From contig OY970208.1 in NCBI GenBank assembly GCA_963713865.1, positions 160,001 to 224,000 of the forward strand: a DNA stretch of 64,000 nt, written 5' to 3'. The notes under the pieces were generated by a model. The model was given only the letters and a program-made list of their open reading frames with translations. It did no database searches and was not told where the DNA came from. Below are positions 61,125 to 64,000 of this stretch, piece after piece (position 1 is the first letter of the stretch; every line of letters starts with the position of its first letter). The position numbers were made by a program, and so were the translations under genes. This stretch comes from an uncultured candidate division Zixibacteria bacterium. GTDB lineage: Bacteria; Zixibacteria; MSB-5A5; RBG-16-43-9.

Positions 61125-62624
61125 TTATCTTCTAAAAAGAGTATCAGGAATTATTCCCGGATACTCCGTCTCAATCCGGGCAAGAATCTCTTTATACTTT
61201 TTCTCATCCTTCAACTCCTGCTGATAGATTCTCACAAGATTGAGAAGGGAATTCAGTCCGGCCTCTGTCCCTGGATTTTTTTCTGCTATTTTTAATAAAA
61301 TAGATACTGCTTTATCCCATTCTTTTTGTAAGGTACAGAGCTTGGCTTTCTGGCTCTCTATCAAAATTGCAAAAGGTTTATCTTTATATTTATTCAGGAG
61401 CTGATCATAATGTTCAATACCTTTTTCAAAAGACTCCTTAGCTAAGGCTTTATTTTCTTTGAGGTAATATGCAACTACTTTCAAAGGAGACTCTAATCCC
61501 TCCGTGGTCAAAGGATAATTGACCATTAACCAATTGTACTCATTGAGGGATCTCTCCCACTCTCCAGTGTTCTCATAGATCTGGGCAATCAGGTATTGAG
61601 AGGTGGCAATAAATCGATCTGTTTCTGGATAAAGTTTTTGCACCCTGGAAAGCTCCTGCTTAGCCCTGGAATAATCTTTCTTTTGTAAATATATCATCCC
61701 GATCTTCATCTGAGCTTCAGCCTTAGAGGAGGAATCAGGGGATGAATTAATCACCCGATAGAAAGTCAACAGGGAATTCTTTTCATCTTTCAGATAGTCA
61801 TAATATATATTTCCAACCTGTAAAAGGACCGAGCCGGGGGTTTGTCCGGTTGAATCTTTTGCAGTTTCTAAAATCACAATCGACTCTTCCCAGAGGTTCT
61901 GAAATTGATATGCCCGGGCTAAACTTAAGGTAGCTGCCAAAGAGACTTGAGTATTAGGATAAGTGCGGATCAGGTTTTGAAAATATTTTTGGACATACTC
62001 AAATTCACTCTCCCTTCTGGCTTTTTCTTCTCCTGGAGAAAAAAGCTGGATCAGATGGTTGGGTACAGAAAAAATATCCGGGTCAGGCAGTCTTTTTTTC
62101 ATTACCGCCGGGTAATTATCTAAAAGCTGATGATAAGTCTGAACGGCTTTTTCCTTTTCATTTCTTTTCTCGTAGATCTGGGCTAAGCCTAATAGAGCAT
62201 TTTTACCTTGATTTTTGCTTTCGGGATATTTTCTCAGAACATTTTCTAAAGATCTCTGAGCCGAGTCGAAATCTTTTTGCATAATATAAAGCTCGGCTAT
62301 GCGCAGTTCAGCTGATGCGGCAATATCGGAGATGTCCTTTTCTAAAGGTACCCCCGGCTGAGTAGAAGCCAAAGCCACTACCTCTTGGTAGGATTGAACA
62401 ACCTTTTTAAAATCAGCCGGAGCAGCGGCTTTTAAATTTATAGACAAAACCTTCCTCATCTTCTCTGACTTGTAGAAATTTTTCTCAATCTTATAGCGCA
62501 GGGAAAGGTTTTTTTGATTTGAACAGGAAGATGTCAGAATAAATACGCTGACAAAGAGAAGAAAAGTTATAAAATAGAAAACCTTCCCAGAATATATCCA
62601 GGGGATATTTATTTTTCTTTTCAA
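61125..62624 (-). CDS. TPR lipoprotein
   Basis: Lipobox-like TSSC; repeated TPR units with 'YP' motifs. Confidence 0.85.
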   Translation of the reverse strand: MKRKINIPWIYSGKVFYFITFLLFVSVFILTSSCSNQKNLSLRYKIEKNFYKSEKMRKVLSINLKAAAPADFKKVVQSYQEVVALASTQPGVPLEKDISDIAASAELRIAELYIMQKDFDSAQRSLENVLRKYPESKNQGKNALLGLAQIYEKRNEKEKAVQTYHQLLDNYPAVMKKRLPDPDIFSVPNHLIQLFSPGEEKARRESEFEYVQKYFQNLIRTYPNTQVSLAATLSLARAYQFQNLWEESIVILETAKDSTGQTPGSVLLQVGNIYYDYLKDEKNSLLTFYRVINSSPDSSSKAEAQMKIGMIYLQKKDYSRAKQELSRVQKLYPETDRFIATSQYLIAQIYENTGEWERSLNEYNWLMVNYPLTTEGLESPLKVVAYYLKENKALAKESFEKGIEHYDQLLNKYKDKPFAILIESQKAKLCTLQKEWDKAVSILLKIAEKNPGTEAGLNSLLNLVRIYQQELKDEKKYKEILARIETEYPGIIPDTLFRR

Positions 62625-62799
62625 TTTATTTTCTCCATAAGTCCCTCTCTTTTTTAAAGAGAGGGTAGAGGTAAGTTCTTTTTATCAATTTTTATCCGGC
62701 ATAAAGTCTGATAATACTTTTTTTACTCCTGTATCAATCCTAATATATTGTAGGAATAGAACCCACCTGAGGCGAATTCTGTCCCTGCACTTCTTATGT

Positions 62800-64000
62800 T
62801 TATAAATTCTCTCTCATGGCACAGAAATCACCACACATACCGCACTTGCGGTAATCGGCCGGGATTTTTCCTCTTTTCTCCTTTGTTTTTTCAGGGTCTA
62901 AACTTAAGGCTATCATCTTTTCCCATTCAAAGGATTTGCGAGCTTTTGAGATATCCTCATCTATATTTTTAACACCTTTTATCCCTTTGGCAATGTCAGC
63001 CGCATGGGCAGCGATCCTGGAGGCGATAATCCCTTCTCTTACATCCTCTAAACTCGGTAAAGTAAGATGTTCTGCTGGAGTCACATAACAGAGAAAGTCA
63101 GCACCATAGGCACCAGCAATGGCTCCGCCTATGGCAGAGACGATATGGTCATATCCGGGAGCGCAGTCTATAACCAGAGGTCCTAATACATAAAAGGGAG
63201 CCTCCTCACACAATTTCTTCTCCAGAAGGACATTTGCCTCTATCTCTTGAATGGGGATATGGCCTGGTCCTTCCACCATTGCGAAAACCCCCTTTTCTCT
63301 TGCTCTCTGAACCAGTTCTCCCAAAACTAAAAGCTCATCCATCTGCACCCGGTCAGTTGAATCTGCAATCGAGCCAGGTCTTAAGCCATCCCCTAAGCTT
63401 AGGGTGGCATTATACGATTTTACCAGGTCTAAAAGCTCATCATAATATTCATACAGAGGGTTTTCCTTTTGATTTACTTTCATCCACCGGGCTAAAAAAG
63501 AGCCTCCCCGGCTGACAATCCCGGTTAGCCTTTTTTTTCTCTCTATAGTCTGCAGAGCTCTTTTAGTCAACCCGCAATGCACCGTAATGAAATCAACCCC
63601 GGTCTCTAAATGATCCTCTATAACCGAAAAAAGCTCCTCCTTTTTCATTCCCTCCGAGCTTTTACCCTGTTTAGCTAAATTGCATACAGCCTCATAGATC
63701 GGCACAGTCCCGATTGGAATTATGGATTTATTCAAAATCTCAATCCTCAAATCCCTGATATTCCCTCCGGTGGAGAGATCCATAACTGTGTCTGCTCCGT
63801 ATTTGATAGAAACTTCTAATTTTTTTAATTCTAAATCGAAATCTACAAAATCGGGTGAGGTGCCTAAATTAGCATTGATCTTAGTCCTTAATCCCTTTCC
63901 TATACCCACCGGTTTTATATTCTTATGCAAGCGATTTTTAAGGATAACGATTCTACCAGATTTAATATTTTCAGTGAGGAAGTCTATGGAGACCTTCTCT
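62800..64000 (-). CDS. thiC: Phosphomethylpyrimidine synthase ThiC (5' end beyond window)
   Basis: TKINANLGTS, DTVMDLS, GTVPIY, TVHCG, VSRGG, LGDGLRPG, EGPGH, CYVTPAEH, CGMCGDFC; frame open to the window edge. Confidence 0.93.
   Translation of the reverse strand, partial: EKVSIDFLTENIKSGRIVILKNRLHKNIKPVGIGKGLRTKINANLGTSPDFVDFDLELKKLEVSIKYGADTVMDLSTGGNIRDLRIEILNKSIIPIGTVPIYEAVCNLAKQGKSSEGMKKEELFSVIEDHLETGVDFITVHCGLTKRALQTIERKKRLTGIVSRGGSFLARWMKVNQKENPLYEYYDELLDLVKSYNATLSLGDGLRPGSIADSTDRVQMDELLVLGELVQRAREKGVFAMVEGPGHIPIQEIEANVLLEKKLCEEAPFYVLGPLVIDCAPGYDHIVSAIGGAIAGAYGADFLCYVTPAEHLTLPSLEDVREGIIASRIAAHAADIAKGIKGVKNIDEDISKARKSFEWEKMIALSLDPEKTKEKRGKIPADYRKCGMCGDFCAMRENL

Noticed and set aside
723-63515. 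Numerous short antisense or overlapping ORFs in the track (e.g. 8417-9040, 28256-28891, 39041-39649)
   Set aside because: Shadow frames of well-supported genes, with no SD sequences or recognisable motifs.

Overview
A 64 kb, moderately AT-rich bacterial chromosome segment. It is most likely from candidate phylum Zixibacteria or a relative, inferred from secreted proteins with 'DVIYLINYLFKGGP' dockerin-type tails, a FlgD-Ig-type C-terminal domain and a cohesin-like protein. Core content: a sigma54 activator, DUF4159/DUF4175/TPR genes, a DUF2723 glycosyltransferase, a Pit/DUF47/CaCA/DUF502 operon, an 11-subunit complex I operon (nuoABCDHIJKLMN, no EFG) with a Rex-like operator, several peptidases, a tRNA-Pro/Arg/His cluster, csp and partial thiC. 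Intergenic DNA is densely filled with several REP-like palindrome families. The main highlight is an IS621-like IS110 element (36584-37771) inserted precisely into a GTAG-REP. Its CT core, circle-junction promoter and bridge-RNA target and donor guides can be read directly from the sequence, and a matching empty target site lies at about 43632. Other highlights: a four-helix-bundle gene bracketed by inverted (GTGATTA)n arrays inside the tRNA cluster, a standalone SIR2-like gene, an in-frame relic DUF47 tail, and an unannotated 58-aa sigma-N-terminus-like ORF. Nine 1-bp frameshifts occur; four fall in the same CCAGAAC context and are probably motif-dependent sequencing errors. All family assignments come from motif recognition by eye; no database searches were run.
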